From positions 131 through 64,130 of the forward strand of contig CAVQWA010000019.1 in assembly GCA_963717315.1 (NCBI GenBank): 64,000 bases of DNA, in the 5' to 3' direction. Origin of the DNA: an uncultured Gemmatimonadales bacterium. GTDB lineage: Bacteria; Gemmatimonadota; Gemmatimonadetes; Gemmatimonadales; GWC2-71-9. The first letter of the stretch is position 1, and every line of letters begins with the position of its first letter. The translations under genes were made by a program, and so were the position numbers. Positions 1 through 8,493 of this stretch are shown here, in pieces. The notes beneath the pieces were generated by a model. It ran no database searches, was not told the DNA's origin, and saw nothing but the letters and a program-made list of their open reading frames with translations.

Positions 1-341
1 ACCTGACGGGGCTCGATGAGCCGGGGCGGCGCGCCGTCCGTGGCCTCGCATTCCCGCTCGGGCGGCGGGAGGACGGGGGCCAGCCGCTGGAACGCGACCG
101 GTCGGTCACCTGGCGGGGGCTCGACCGGGACGCGCTCCGCGCTCGGCTCCCCTTCCCCGTCGCGGAGGTGTGGGTCCTCCAGACGCCGGACTCCGCGCTC
201 CCGCCCTGGCCGCGCCGGATGGAGCCGCCGGCCCTCGACGACGGGCCGCACCTCAGCTACGCGATCCAGTGGTTCGCGTTCGCGCTCATCGGGGTGGGGG
301 GGGCGGCGGTGGTCGCCTTCCGCGCGAGGCGGCCTGGTTAG
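1..341 (+). CDS. SURF1-like cytochrome oxidase biogenesis protein, C-terminal fragment (5' end upstream of window)
   Basis: Frame 3 is open from the window edge to TAG 339-341. It is absent from the ORF track because there is no start in the window. Tail DDGPHLSYAIQWFAFALIGVGGAAVVAFRARRPG matches the conserved SURF1/Shy1 C-terminal motif plus TM helix. Confidence 0.7.
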   Translation, partial: LTGLDEPGRRAVRGLAFPLGRREDGGQPLERDRSVTWRGLDRDALRARLPFPVAEVWVLQTPDSALPPWPRRMEPPALDDGPHLSYAIQWFAFALIGVGGAAVVAFRARRPG

Positions 342-344
342 GCA

Positions 345-450
345 TTCACCGCGGAGTCGCGGAGGGCCGCGGAGAACTGCGTTCACCGCGGAGGCGCGGA
401 GGGCCGCGGAGAACTGCGTTCACCGCAGAGGCGCAGGGAACGCAGAGAGC
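345..450 (+). repeat. REP/BIME-like repeat, three tandem units
   Basis: Units 345-381 and 382-418 are 37 bp and differ at 1 nt (TTCACCGCGGAG[T/G]CGCGGAGGGCCGCGGAGAACTGCG). The third unit is 419-450 (TTCACCGCAGAGGCGCAGGGAACGCAGAGAGC). The same units recur at 14003-14082 and inverted at 634-694, 14199-14272 and 37317-37384. Confidence 0.85.
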
Positions 451-460
451 ATCAGGAGAA

Positions 461-493
461 GGGAGGGGCGGCGGGTTGTCCGCGGCCCCTCCC
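461..493 (+). terminator. GC-rich hairpin, candidate terminator downstream of the SURF1-like gene
   Basis: GGGAGGGGC(461-469) pairs with GCCCCTCCC(485-493), and GCGG(471-474) pairs with CCGC(480-483), with loop GTTGT. A T-rich tract follows only about 20 nt later, so it is not a textbook intrinsic terminator. Confidence 0.35.
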
Positions 494-513
494 TCCGGTT
501 CAGAAACTTCGCC

Positions 514-631
514 TGTTGTTGTGGCAGTTCTTCTCGCTGGTGTTGTTGTCGTTCTTCTTGTTGTTGTTCTTGTTGTTGTTCTTGTTGTTGTTGTTCTTGT
601 TCTTGTTCTTGTCGTCGTTCCGTTCCGGTTC
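514..631. repeat. Imperfect (GTT/CTT)n trinucleotide low-complexity tract
   Basis: About 118 bp of TGTTGTTG...CTTGTTGTTGTTGTTCTTGTTCTTGTTCTTGTCGTCGTTCCGTTCC. GC drops sharply relative to the flanks. Both strands translate to low-complexity (FFLLLF / NKNKNNNN). Confidence 0.9.
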
Positions 632-633
632 TA

Positions 634-694
634 CCCTGCGTCCTCTGCGCCTCTGCGGTGATCCCTCCGCGGCCCTGCGCGACTCCGCGGTGAA
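634..694 (-). repeat. REP/BIME-like repeat, inverted copies
   Basis: CCCTGCGTCCTCTGCGCCTCTGCGGTGATCCCTCCGCGGCCCTGCGCGACTCCGCGGTGAA is the reverse complement of the unit types at 345-450. It ends 1 nt from the dipeptidase stop codon (696-698). Confidence 0.85.
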
Positions 695-695
695 A

Positions 696-2006
696 TCAGC
701 GCCCGTCGAGCTGCCGGATCGTGGCAGTGGACGGTTCACGCTCCCCCCGCAGCCGGGCCGCCACCGCCTCCGCCTGTCGCATCGCGCGGAGCAGGTTGAG
801 CCCCGCCAGCTTCTTCAGGTCCTCGTCGCTCCAGCCCCGCCGGATCAGCTCGGCGAAGAGGCTCGGGAAGGTGGACACGTCCTCCAGCCCGACCGGCCCG
901 ATCTCGATCCCGTCGAAGTCCGACCCGATGCCGACGTGGTCCACCCCCGCCACCTTGCGAACGTGCTCGACGTGGTCGGCCACCTGCGCGAGCGTCGCGC
1001 GGGGAACCGGGATGGCCGCGCGGACTTCCTGCCCGATCCGCCGCCGATCGGCAGGGTCGGTGACGCCCTGCATCCGGAGGCGGAACTCGGCCATCCGCCT
1101 CGCCTCGGCCTGGTTCGCCTCCTCCGAGACGAAGTCCGGCACGAAGGTCACCATCACCACCCCGCCGTTCTTCGGCAGGCGCGCGAGGATCGAGTCGGGG
1201 ACGTTGCGGGTGTGGTTCGTGAGCGCCCGGGCCGACGAATGGCTGAAGATGACGGGCGCCGCGGAAACGTCCAGCGCGTCGCTCATCACGCCGTCCGAGA
1301 CGTGGGAGAGGTCCACCAGCATCCCCAGGCGGTTCATCTCCCGCACGACCTCCTTGCCGAACGCCGTGAGCCCGCCGTGCCGGTGCTCGTCGCCGCCGGC
1401 GTCCGCCCAGTCGAGCGTGACGTTGTGGGTCAGCGTCAGGTACCGGGCGCCGAGATCGTAGTACGCCCGGAGGGCGCCGAGCGAGTTCTCGATCGCGTGC
1501 CCTCCCTCCAGACCGAGGAACGACGCGACCTTTCCCGCGGCGTGGGCGCGCTCGATGTCCGCGGCGGAACGGGCCGGCATCAGCGCCTCCGGATACCGCG
1601 CGATCATCCGCGTCGCGATGTCGAACTCCTCGAGCTGGATCCGGGCGTAGCCGCTGTCCCGGACCTCCCCCGGCACGTAGATCGACCAGAACTGGGCGCC
1701 GACCATCCCCGCCCTGAGCCGGGCCAGGTCGGTGTGCCCCGGCGTCCGCCTCCGGAGGTCGTAGGCCGCCACGTCCCGGGGATGGTCGCGGTTCGTGCGG
1801 ATCTCCCACGGCAGGTCGTTGTGCCCGTCCACCAGCGGCACCGCGGCGAGGATCCGGCGGGCGCGCTCGAGTGCCGCGTCCGGCTGCTGGGAGGCGGCGG
1901 GCGTGACCGCCACGAGGAGGGCGAGGAGGGCGAGCAGGCCGAGGTGCGGGCGTGGCGTCACGGTGGGTGGCTCCGTAGGAGAATGGCGGGAAGGTGGGAG
2001 GATCAT
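696..2006 (-). CDS. Membrane (renal-type) dipeptidase, peptidase family M19, secreted
   Basis: C-terminal 436 aa of track ORF 696..2492. ATG 2004-2006 is chosen because a signal peptide (LGLLALLALLVAVTPAASQQ) follows and it makes an ATGA overlap with the upstream stop. VDGHNDLPWEIR and full-length resemblance to M19 dipeptidases. Confidence 0.9.
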   Translation of the reverse strand: MILPPSRHSPTEPPTVTPRPHLGLLALLALLVAVTPAASQQPDAALERARRILAAVPLVDGHNDLPWEIRTNRDHPRDVAAYDLRRRTPGHTDLARLRAGMVGAQFWSIYVPGEVRDSGYARIQLEEFDIATRMIARYPEALMPARSAADIERAHAAGKVASFLGLEGGHAIENSLGALRAYYDLGARYLTLTHNVTLDWADAGGDEHRHGGLTAFGKEVVREMNRLGMLVDLSHVSDGVMSDALDVSAAPVIFSHSSARALTNHTRNVPDSILARLPKNGGVVMVTFVPDFVSEEANQAEARRMAEFRLRMQGVTDPADRRRIGQEVRAAIPVPRATLAQVADHVEHVRKVAGVDHVGIGSDFDGIEIGPVGLEDVSTFPSLFAELIRRGWSDEDLKKLAGLNLLRAMRQAEAVAARLRGEREPSTATIRQLDGR

Positions 2007-4519
2007 CGGCCCGGTCGGCCGCAGCGGTCGAGGGGCAGGGGGAATCCGTCGAGCGGCTCGGTCGGGGCGACGCGAAGCAGCGCAGCGAGGGTGGGCGCGA
2101 TGTCGACGGTGCGTGCCAGGGCATCGCAGCGGCGCGCCGGCACGCCGACGCCCCAGAAGATCACCGGCACCGAGCGGTCGATGAGCGCCGGGGTTCCGTG
2201 GTCGGTGGTGCCGGTGCCCTCGCCCCACAGCCAGCCTTCGCGCGGTACCGCGACGGCCGCCCACTGCAGGTCGGGCGGCAGGGTTCGGCGCCAGAGCCCC
2301 CCCACCTCGTGGTCGGGCGGAAGCGCGGCCAGCTCGCGCGGGCTCCAGGCGGCCGCGACCCCGGGACGGCCGCGCAGCCCGGCCGCGAGCCGCCCGGCGA
2401 AGGCGTCGACGTCGACGCCCCGCGCCCGGAGCGCCGCGAGGTCGGCGAGCAGGATCCCGCTGTCGAAGCGGAGACCGAAGCCGGTGCCCCACCGCGCCTC
2501 GAGGGAGTCCCGGGTGCGCCGCACCCAGTCCCGCACCTCGACCCGGCCGGCGTCCCGCCCGGCGGCCTTCTCCGCCTCCGGGAACGGGTGCACCCCGTGA
2601 TCGGAGGTGAGGGCCAGCACCACGCCCCCGGGGGCGAGCACGGCCAGCGAATCGAGGAAGCCGCCGAGCCAGCGGTCAAGGCGCAGCAGGTGGTCGTGCA
2701 GCTCCCGCGAGTCGGGCCCGTAGTCGTGTCCCACCCGGTCGGTGGTCGAGAGGCTCACGCTGAGGAGGTCGGTCCGGCCGCCACCGCCAAGGCCGGTGCG
2801 CCGCACCCCCTCGAGGGCGAGCGACAGGGCGAGGGAATCCATCCACGGGTAGCGGTAGCCGCGGCCGATCCAGCCGGGCTCGTCAGCCGGCACCATGTGC
2901 GGGAAGCCGACTTCCCTGCCGCCCCGCTCCCACGACTGGGAGTCGGGCTCCGCATACTGCGGGGCCGGCAGAAGCAGGTCCCACCGCCTGCCCCGGAGCG
3001 CGCGGATCCCGGGGCGCGAGTTGAATTCCCGTACCCAGGCCGGCAGCTCGTCCGCATACCAGCGGCTGGTGGTGAAGCGACCGCCGGACCACCAGTAGAC
3101 GTCGCCCCTGGCCGTGCCGACCGGGAGGATCGCGGCGCGGTCCTTCGGCGAGACGGAGAGCACCCTGGTCCGGGCGTCGCGGGCCCGGAGCCAGTCGTAG
3201 AGCGTGCTGCCGCGGAAGACTGCCGGCGATGCGCCGGGGCCGGTGGTGCCGAGGAGCGGCCAGTCGTCCGAGTTGACGCCGAGGTCGTTCGAGGCGATGC
3301 CGGTGTGCGCCGGCACGCGCCCGGAGAGCAACGTCGAGTGTCCCGGCGCCGTCGAGGTCACCGCGTGGTCCTGGCGCCCGTTCGGGTAGACCGCACCCTC
3401 GGCCAGCAGGCGGGCGAAGCCGCCGGTCCACTGGCTCGCGTACCGATCGAGGTAATCGGGTCGGAGCTGGTCCACTGCCAGGAGCACGACGAGGGAAGGA
3501 TCTCCCGACTGGGGAATGGTGATCCCGGCGATGCGTCCGCCGGTCCCGGCGGCCCACCCCGTCCGGCCGGAGAACGTCACCGTGTTGAACCCCTCCCGGC
3601 CCAGCCGGCGCCAGCTCTCGCCGTCGTCCCGCGAGATGAAGGACCCGCGCGGTCCGACGGCCACGTAGATGCTCCCCTGGACGTGGGCCACGCCGTACAT
3701 CACGCCGTCGAGTCCCGCCTCGCGCGGCTCGCGCCAGGTGCGACCGCCGTCGCGGGTGACGGCGACGTTGTCCCCGCCGGCGTCGGCCCGCTGGTAGTCG
3801 CCGCCGACTGCGACGCCCCGGCGCGCGTCCCGGAACGCCACCCCGAAGATGCCCGCGCTGGCGGAGCCGCGAAGCGGCGTCTCTGCCGCCGCCCAGGTGC
3901 GGCCGCCGTCGGCGGAGCGAATCACCCGCGCCGCCCGGCCTCCGCCGGTGCCGATCCAGACCGTGCCTTCGCGCGCCGTGATCGCGGTGCCGCTCGCGGC
4001 GAACCCCGCCTCGCCGGGGAGGAGCGCCGGGAGGCGGGCCGCGGGCACCAGCGACCAGGTGCGGCCGCCGTCGCGCGTCGTGGCCACCGCCAGGGCGCCG
4101 CCGACCGGGTCGCCGAAGGCGACGCCGCGGCGCGCGTCGAGGAAGGCCATCCCGTCCCAGAAGGCGCCGGAACGCGCGTCCTCGAACACCTGCCTCCAGG
4201 TGGCGCCGCCGTTCTCGGTGCGCCAGATGCGGGCGAGCCCGCCGTCGAAGCTGGTGCCGAGCGCCACCGCGTGCCACGCGTCCGGAGCGTGGACGTCCAC
4301 GATGAAGAGTCCTTCAGCCCCGGGGATGCGACCGGTCGTCCAGCGCCGGCCGTCCCGGGTGTGCGCCCAGGCGCCACCCCGGCCCACCGCCCACGCCTGC
4401 CGGGAGGACACTGCGTCGAGCCCGCGGTACTCGGTGGTCGTGTCCGCCGTCTGGGGGGCCCACTGGGCCGCCACGGGGGAGGGGGCCAGGGAGAGAAGGA
4501 GGATGGAGGAGAGGCGCAT
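2003..4519 (-). CDS. Fusion protein: BNR/Ycf48-like beta-propeller + alkaline-phosphatase/nucleotide-pyrophosphatase superfamily domain, secreted
   Basis: Track ORF 2003..4660 with the start moved to ATG 4517-4519 (MRLSSILLLSLAPSPVAAQ signal peptide). The N half has Asp-box motifs TENGGATW, TRDGGRTW, SADGGRTW, TRDGGRTW, SRDDGESW. The C half has VVLLAVDQLRPDYL...TAPGHSTLLSG...LTSDHG, typical of the AP/NPP superfamily. Confidence 0.85.
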   Translation of the reverse strand: MRLSSILLLSLAPSPVAAQWAPQTADTTTEYRGLDAVSSRQAWAVGRGGAWAHTRDGRRWTTGRIPGAEGLFIVDVHAPDAWHAVALGTSFDGGLARIWRTENGGATWRQVFEDARSGAFWDGMAFLDARRGVAFGDPVGGALAVATTRDGGRTWSLVPAARLPALLPGEAGFAASGTAITAREGTVWIGTGGGRAARVIRSADGGRTWAAAETPLRGSASAGIFGVAFRDARRGVAVGGDYQRADAGGDNVAVTRDGGRTWREPREAGLDGVMYGVAHVQGSIYVAVGPRGSFISRDDGESWRRLGREGFNTVTFSGRTGWAAGTGGRIAGITIPQSGDPSLVVLLAVDQLRPDYLDRYASQWTGGFARLLAEGAVYPNGRQDHAVTSTAPGHSTLLSGRVPAHTGIASNDLGVNSDDWPLLGTTGPGASPAVFRGSTLYDWLRARDARTRVLSVSPKDRAAILPVGTARGDVYWWSGGRFTTSRWYADELPAWVREFNSRPGIRALRGRRWDLLLPAPQYAEPDSQSWERGGREVGFPHMVPADEPGWIGRGYRYPWMDSLALSLALEGVRRTGLGGGGRTDLLSVSLSTTDRVGHDYGPDSRELHDHLLRLDRWLGGFLDSLAVLAPGGVVLALTSDHGVHPFPEAEKAAGRDAGRVEVRDWVRRTRDSLEARWGTGFGLRFDSGILLADLAALRARGVDVDAFAGRLAAGLRGRPGVAAAWSPRELAALPPDHEVGGLWRRTLPPDLQWAAVAVPREGWLWGEGTGTTDHGTPALIDRSVPVIFWGVGVPARRCDALARTVDIAPTLAALLRVAPTEPLDGFPLPLDRCGRPGR

Positions 4520-4521
4520 GT

Positions 4522-4626
4522 GGAGGGGGAGAAGGGAGAGGGGAGAGGGGACTGGGAGATCGGGGGATAGGTGGGCGGCGCCCGACCGGGCCCCCGCCCT
4601 CTCCCATCTCCCCTCTCCCACTCCCC
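4522..4626. repeat. Inverted pair of G-rich/C-rich heptamer arrays (imperfect long hairpin)
   Basis: 4522-4567 is GGAGGGGGAGAAGGGAGAGGGGAGAGGGGACTGGGAG... and 4591-4626 is CCCCCGCCCTCTCCCATCTCCCCTCTCCCACTCCCC. The arms are imperfect reverse complements. The pair sits between the start of gene 2003-4519 and the stop of the IscA-like gene. Confidence 0.8.
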
Positions 4627-4629
4627 GTT

Positions 4630-4974
4630 TCAGACGCTGAAACTCACCCCGCACCCGCACGTCCCGCGGGCATTGGGGTTCTGGAAGGTGAACCGGGACT
4701 CCGTCATCGAGGAGGTCCAGTCCACGGTGAGGCCGTTGAGCGCCGGCGCGCTGGCCGGATCCACCCAGACCCGCACGCCGGCTACGTCCATCGGCTCGTC
4801 CCCCGGCTCGCCGGCCGGGACGATCCGGACGTCGTAATTGAGGCCGGAGCAGCCGCCGGAGGTGGCCGCCACCCGGAGCCCGGCGCCATCGGGCAGATCG
4901 TGCTCCCGGATCACCTGCCGGACCCGGGCCGCGGCGGCCTCGGTGACGGTAATCACGAACGTCGCGGGTGCCAT
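4630..4974 (-). CDS. HesB/IscA-family iron-sulfur cluster insertion protein
   Basis: 114 aa. GGCSGLNY and the C-terminal CGCGVSFSV three-Cys signature match A-type carriers (IscA/SufA/ErpA). Confidence 0.92.
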   Translation of the reverse strand: MAPATFVITVTEAAAARVRQVIREHDLPDGAGLRVAATSGGCSGLNYDVRIVPAGEPGDEPMDVAGVRVWVDPASAPALNGLTVDWTSSMTESRFTFQNPNARGTCGCGVSFSV

Positions 4975-5107
4975 CAGTTAGACTCCCTTCCGTCCCGGTC
5001 GGTCCGGACCGGGGGCATGTGGGATTTCGTCGGGTAATATATTCGGGTCGCGCGGGGGGCCCGGCCGTCCGGCCGGTGAACCGCCCGGCATTTCGCGGGG
5101 AGGCACC

Positions 5108-6010
5108 ATGCGGGTTCGTTATTCCCTTCTGTTCGTCGCCGCGCTGGCCGCGGGGGCCTGCAACGGCAACAAGGCCGAGCTGGAGCAGGCACTCCAGGAG
5201 TCCGAGGCGCTGAACGCCGAGAAGGACAAGCTCCTGGCCGAGGTGCTCGAGACGACCAAGTTCGTCAACGAGATCGACAGCGAGCTCGCCAAGGCGAAGG
5301 GCGTGGGCGTGGCGCCGGTGGAGGGTGGTGAGGCCGCCCCGACCGATGCCGGCCAGCAGCGCCAGGTGCTCCTGGGCAAGGTGCGCGAGGTCGTGGGCCG
5401 CCTCGACCAGGCGGAGCAGAATCTCGAGCAGGCCAAGGCCCGCGCTCAGGCGATGGGCTCGCGGAACCAGAAGCTCCTCGCCCAGATCGAGGAGTACCAG
5501 ACCACGATCAGCGGCTTCCGCGAGACCGTGGCCCGGCAGGAGACCGAGATCGTGGCGCTCCGCGCCGAGGTCGACACCGTCCGTGGCGAGAATGTCCGCC
5601 TCGCGACCGAGAAGGCCGCGCTCACCGACACCGTCGTCGAGATGACCACGGCGGTCAACACCGCGTACTACCTGGTCGGCACGAAGGAAGAGCTGATCCA
5701 GAAGGGCGTCGTGACCGAGGAGGGTGGCTCCCGGGTGCTCTTCATCTTCGGGAAGGCGGGCAGGACGCTCGTGCCGGCGCGCACCCTCGACCCGGCGCAG
5801 TTCACCCGCATCGACCGGCTGCAGGACTCGACCATCGAGCTGCCCCGGACCGACCGCGGCTATCGGGTGGTGACCCCGCAGAGCACGCAGTACGTGCAGG
5901 CCACCAAGCTGGAGAGCGGCCGCGTGGCCGACAGCTTCTACATCCAGACCCCCGAGGAGTTCTGGAAGCCCTCGCGGTACCTGATCCTCGTCGAGGAGAA
6001 GCGCGACTGA
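5108..6010 (+). CDS. Coiled-coil lipoprotein, function unknown
   Basis: 300 aa. Lipobox LAAGAC after MRVRYSLLFVAA. Long heptad-like region rich in E/K/L/A/Q. GGAGG lies about 6 nt upstream of the ATG. Confidence 0.75.
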   Translation: MRVRYSLLFVAALAAGACNGNKAELEQALQESEALNAEKDKLLAEVLETTKFVNEIDSELAKAKGVGVAPVEGGEAAPTDAGQQRQVLLGKVREVVGRLDQAEQNLEQAKARAQAMGSRNQKLLAQIEEYQTTISGFRETVARQETEIVALRAEVDTVRGENVRLATEKAALTDTVVEMTTAVNTAYYLVGTKEELIQKGVVTEEGGSRVLFIFGKAGRTLVPARTLDPAQFTRIDRLQDSTIELPRTDRGYRVVTPQSTQYVQATKLESGRVADSFYIQTPEEFWKPSRYLILVEEKRD

Positions 6011-6038
6011 GTCGCGTCCCCCTCCCCGACGGACCGGA

Positions 6039-6060
6039 CGGCACCCCTCGCGGGGTGCCG
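6039..6060. terminator. Bidirectional hairpin terminator candidate between convergent genes
   Basis: CGGCACCCC(6039-6047)-TCGC-GGGGTGCCG(6052-6060), a perfect 9-bp stem followed by TTCGCGTCT. It lies between stop 6010 (+) and stop 6069 (-). Confidence 0.55.
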
Positions 6061-6068
6061 TTCGCGTC

Positions 6069-7040
6069 TCAGGGGAGCACGACCAGCTCGATCGCGTCCA
6101 GCAGCCAGGCGATCCGCGCCGCGCTGTCGGTGACGAGGCGATAGGAGCGGTCCCCGGTCTTCTCCAGGCGCCACTCGGCCATCAGCCCGTCCACGCCCGT
6201 CACCACCCCGGCCGGGAAGCTCGGCCGGAGGGTGAACTCGACGGTGTACGGCTTCGCCAGGGTGAAGGGCTTGAAGTCCCCGCGCCGCTCGCGCTCCACC
6301 GCCTCGCGGGCGGCCGCCTCGAGCATCCCGCGGACCCGTGCCGGACTGTGGGTAATCGCCGCGCTCCGCCCGACCGCGACCTTGGTGACGACGCCGATCG
6401 CGCCGTTGCCCAGGATCTCGAGCGATTCCCTGACCAGCTGGTCGTCGCCCGAGACGACGGACACCGACACCCCCATCTCCCCCGCCACCAGCGCGTTGAT
6501 GCCCACCTCGTTGAGCCAGGCGCCGTTCACCCGGAAGTCCGAGAAGGCGTAGGTGTGGGGCATGACGCCGGGATGGCCCGCGCCGGCGTGGGCCCCGGTG
6601 AAGATGACGGTGCCGAAGCTCGAGTCGATGCCGGTGCTCATCACCATCGGCTTGGGATAGCCGCGGATGAGCATCGCGGCGGTGTCGAGCTGCCAGGGGA
6701 GGACGTTGGCGAAGCGGTTGCCGCCGTGGCCCTCGTTCACCACGAACGAGCGGGCGCCGCCCGCCCGCGCCCCGCGGATCGCCGCATTCACTTCCTCGGT
6801 GAGGAGCCCGCGGTAATGCTCCCAGTAGTCCCGCCCCCCGCGGTCGCGATAGGCCGGCCCCTCGGTGCCGCCCAGGGTTTCGGTGCCGAGCACGGCGCTG
6901 CCCATTCCCTCCATGTCGGCGATCAGGTAGACCCGGAAGCCGGGCTCGGACGGGATGCGCTTGTCGGCGAAGCGGGGCGCGGGCTGGGCGGCGGCCGATG
7001 TGGCGGCGAGGGCGAGGGCGGCAGCGAGGAGGAGGCGCAT
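6069..7040 (-). CDS. D-aminopeptidase DppA-like, peptidase family M55, secreted
   Basis: 323 aa. Signal peptide MRLLLAAALALAATSAAAQ. Motifs ADMEGMGS, VNEGHGGN, TGAHAGAGHPGVMPHT and VSGDD are typical of M55. Confidence 0.85.
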   Translation of the reverse strand: MRLLLAAALALAATSAAAQPAPRFADKRIPSEPGFRVYLIADMEGMGSAVLGTETLGGTEGPAYRDRGGRDYWEHYRGLLTEEVNAAIRGARAGGARSFVVNEGHGGNRFANVLPWQLDTAAMLIRGYPKPMVMSTGIDSSFGTVIFTGAHAGAGHPGVMPHTYAFSDFRVNGAWLNEVGINALVAGEMGVSVSVVSGDDQLVRESLEILGNGAIGVVTKVAVGRSAAITHSPARVRGMLEAAAREAVERERRGDFKPFTLAKPYTVEFTLRPSFPAGVVTGVDGLMAEWRLEKTGDRSYRLVTDSAARIAWLLDAIELVVLP

Positions 7041-7062
7041 GGGCGGGGCCGAAGGTCGAAGG

Positions 7063-8493
7063 TCAAAGGACGAGCAGGCGAAGTTCGGTCATCTCCTCGA
7101 TCGCGTAGCGGACCCCTTCCCTGCCCAGGCCGGAGGCCTTCACGCCGCCGTAGGGCATGTGGTCCACGCGGAAGCCGGGAATGTCGTCCACGATCACGCC
7201 GCCGACCTCGAGCGCCTCGAAGGCGGCCCAGGCGGTGCGGAGGTCGCGGGTGAACACCCCGGCCTGGAGGCCGTAGGCGGAGGCGTTGAGGGCGGCGAAG
7301 GCGTCCCCGATGGCGTCGTACGGGCGCACCGTGACGACGGGCGCGAAGACCTCCTCGCACTCGACCTGCATCTCGGGCTGCGTCCCGGTGAGCACGGTGG
7401 GCTCGAGGAGCGCGCCCTCCCGGCCCACCCCGGTGAGCGCCGTGGCCCCGGCGGCGAGGGCGTCCGCGATCCAGGACTCCGCCCGGCGGGCCGAGGCCTC
7501 GTCGATCATCGGGCCGACGTCGGTCCCGGCCGCAAGCGGGTCGCCGGTGCGGAGCGCCTGCACTCGCGGCACGAACCGCTCGAGGAAGGCGTCGTACAGC
7601 CCGCGCTGCACCAGGATCCGCTGCACCGAGATGCAGGACTGGCCCGCGTAGGTGAAGCCACCGACCACGCACCGGTCGACGGCGCGGTCGAGGTCGGCAT
7701 CGGGGGCGACGATGACGCCGGCATTGCCGCCCAGCTCGAGCAGCACCTTCTTCCGCGCCGCGCGGCGGCGGATCTCCCAACCTGCCTTCGCGGACCCGGT
7801 GAAGCTGATCATCCGGACCCGGGGATCGTCGAGCATCGGCGCGGCATCCTCCACGGCGCACTGGACCACGCTCACGCCGCCGGCGGGGTATCCGGCTTCC
7901 CGCACGATGGCGGCCAGCCGGAGCACCGAGAGCGGGTCCTGCGGCGGGGTCTTCACCACGATCGTGGCCCCGCAGGCGATCGCCGGGGCGAGCTTGTGGG
8001 CGGTGAGGAGCAGCGGAAAGTTGAAGGGGACGATGCCGCTCACCGGAGACAGCGGGAAGCGCCGCGTGAGCCCCCAGCGGCCGGCGCCGTGCGGCATCCG
8101 GTCGAGCGGGATCACCTCGCCGCCGATCCGCTGGGCCTCCTCCGCCGCGTCGCGGAAGACGAACATGGTGCGGTCCAGCTCGTACCGCGCCGCGGCGAGC
8201 GGCTTCCCTGCCTCCCGCGCGAGGAGGAAGGCGAGCTCCTCGCGCGCCTCCCGGATCCCGTCGTGGATCCGGAGCAGGATCTCGGCCCGGCGGTGCGCCG
8301 GGAGGGCCCGCGCCTCGGGCGCCGCCCGGCAGGCCGCGTCGACCGCGCGGGCGACCTCGTCCCGGCCCGCCACGCCGGCTCGGCCGACGAGCGATCCATC
8401 CCACGGGGCGTGGACCTCGCGCCAGCCGCTGGTGGACGCCAGCTCCCCGGCCAGGAGGACGGGATGATCGCGGGACGCGGCGAGAGGAGTCAT
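7063..8493 (-). CDS. NAD(P)-dependent aldehyde dehydrogenase
   Basis: 476 aa. LELGGNAG (catalytic Glu region), GQSCISVQR (catalytic Cys) and GGVKASGLGREG match ALDH-superfamily signatures. Confidence 0.92.
   Translation of the reverse strand: MTPLAASRDHPVLLAGELASTSGWREVHAPWDGSLVGRAGVAGRDEVARAVDAACRAAPEARALPAHRRAEILLRIHDGIREAREELAFLLAREAGKPLAAARYELDRTMFVFRDAAEEAQRIGGEVIPLDRMPHGAGRWGLTRRFPLSPVSGIVPFNFPLLLTAHKLAPAIACGATIVVKTPPQDPLSVLRLAAIVREAGYPAGGVSVVQCAVEDAAPMLDDPRVRMISFTGSAKAGWEIRRRAARKKVLLELGGNAGVIVAPDADLDRAVDRCVVGGFTYAGQSCISVQRILVQRGLYDAFLERFVPRVQALRTGDPLAAGTDVGPMIDEASARRAESWIADALAAGATALTGVGREGALLEPTVLTGTQPEMQVECEEVFAPVVTVRPYDAIGDAFAALNASAYGLQAGVFTRDLRTAWAAFEALEVGGVIVDDIPGFRVDHMPYGGVKASGLGREGVRYAIEEMTELRLLVL

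Noticed and set aside
500-739. ORF 500..739 (minus, NKNKNNNNKNNNK...) and the N-terminus of ORF 516..2600 (FFLLLFLLLF...) considered as small low-complexity proteins.
   Set aside because: Both are simple translations of the (GTT)n tract flanked by REP units. There is no RBS and no plausible protein features.
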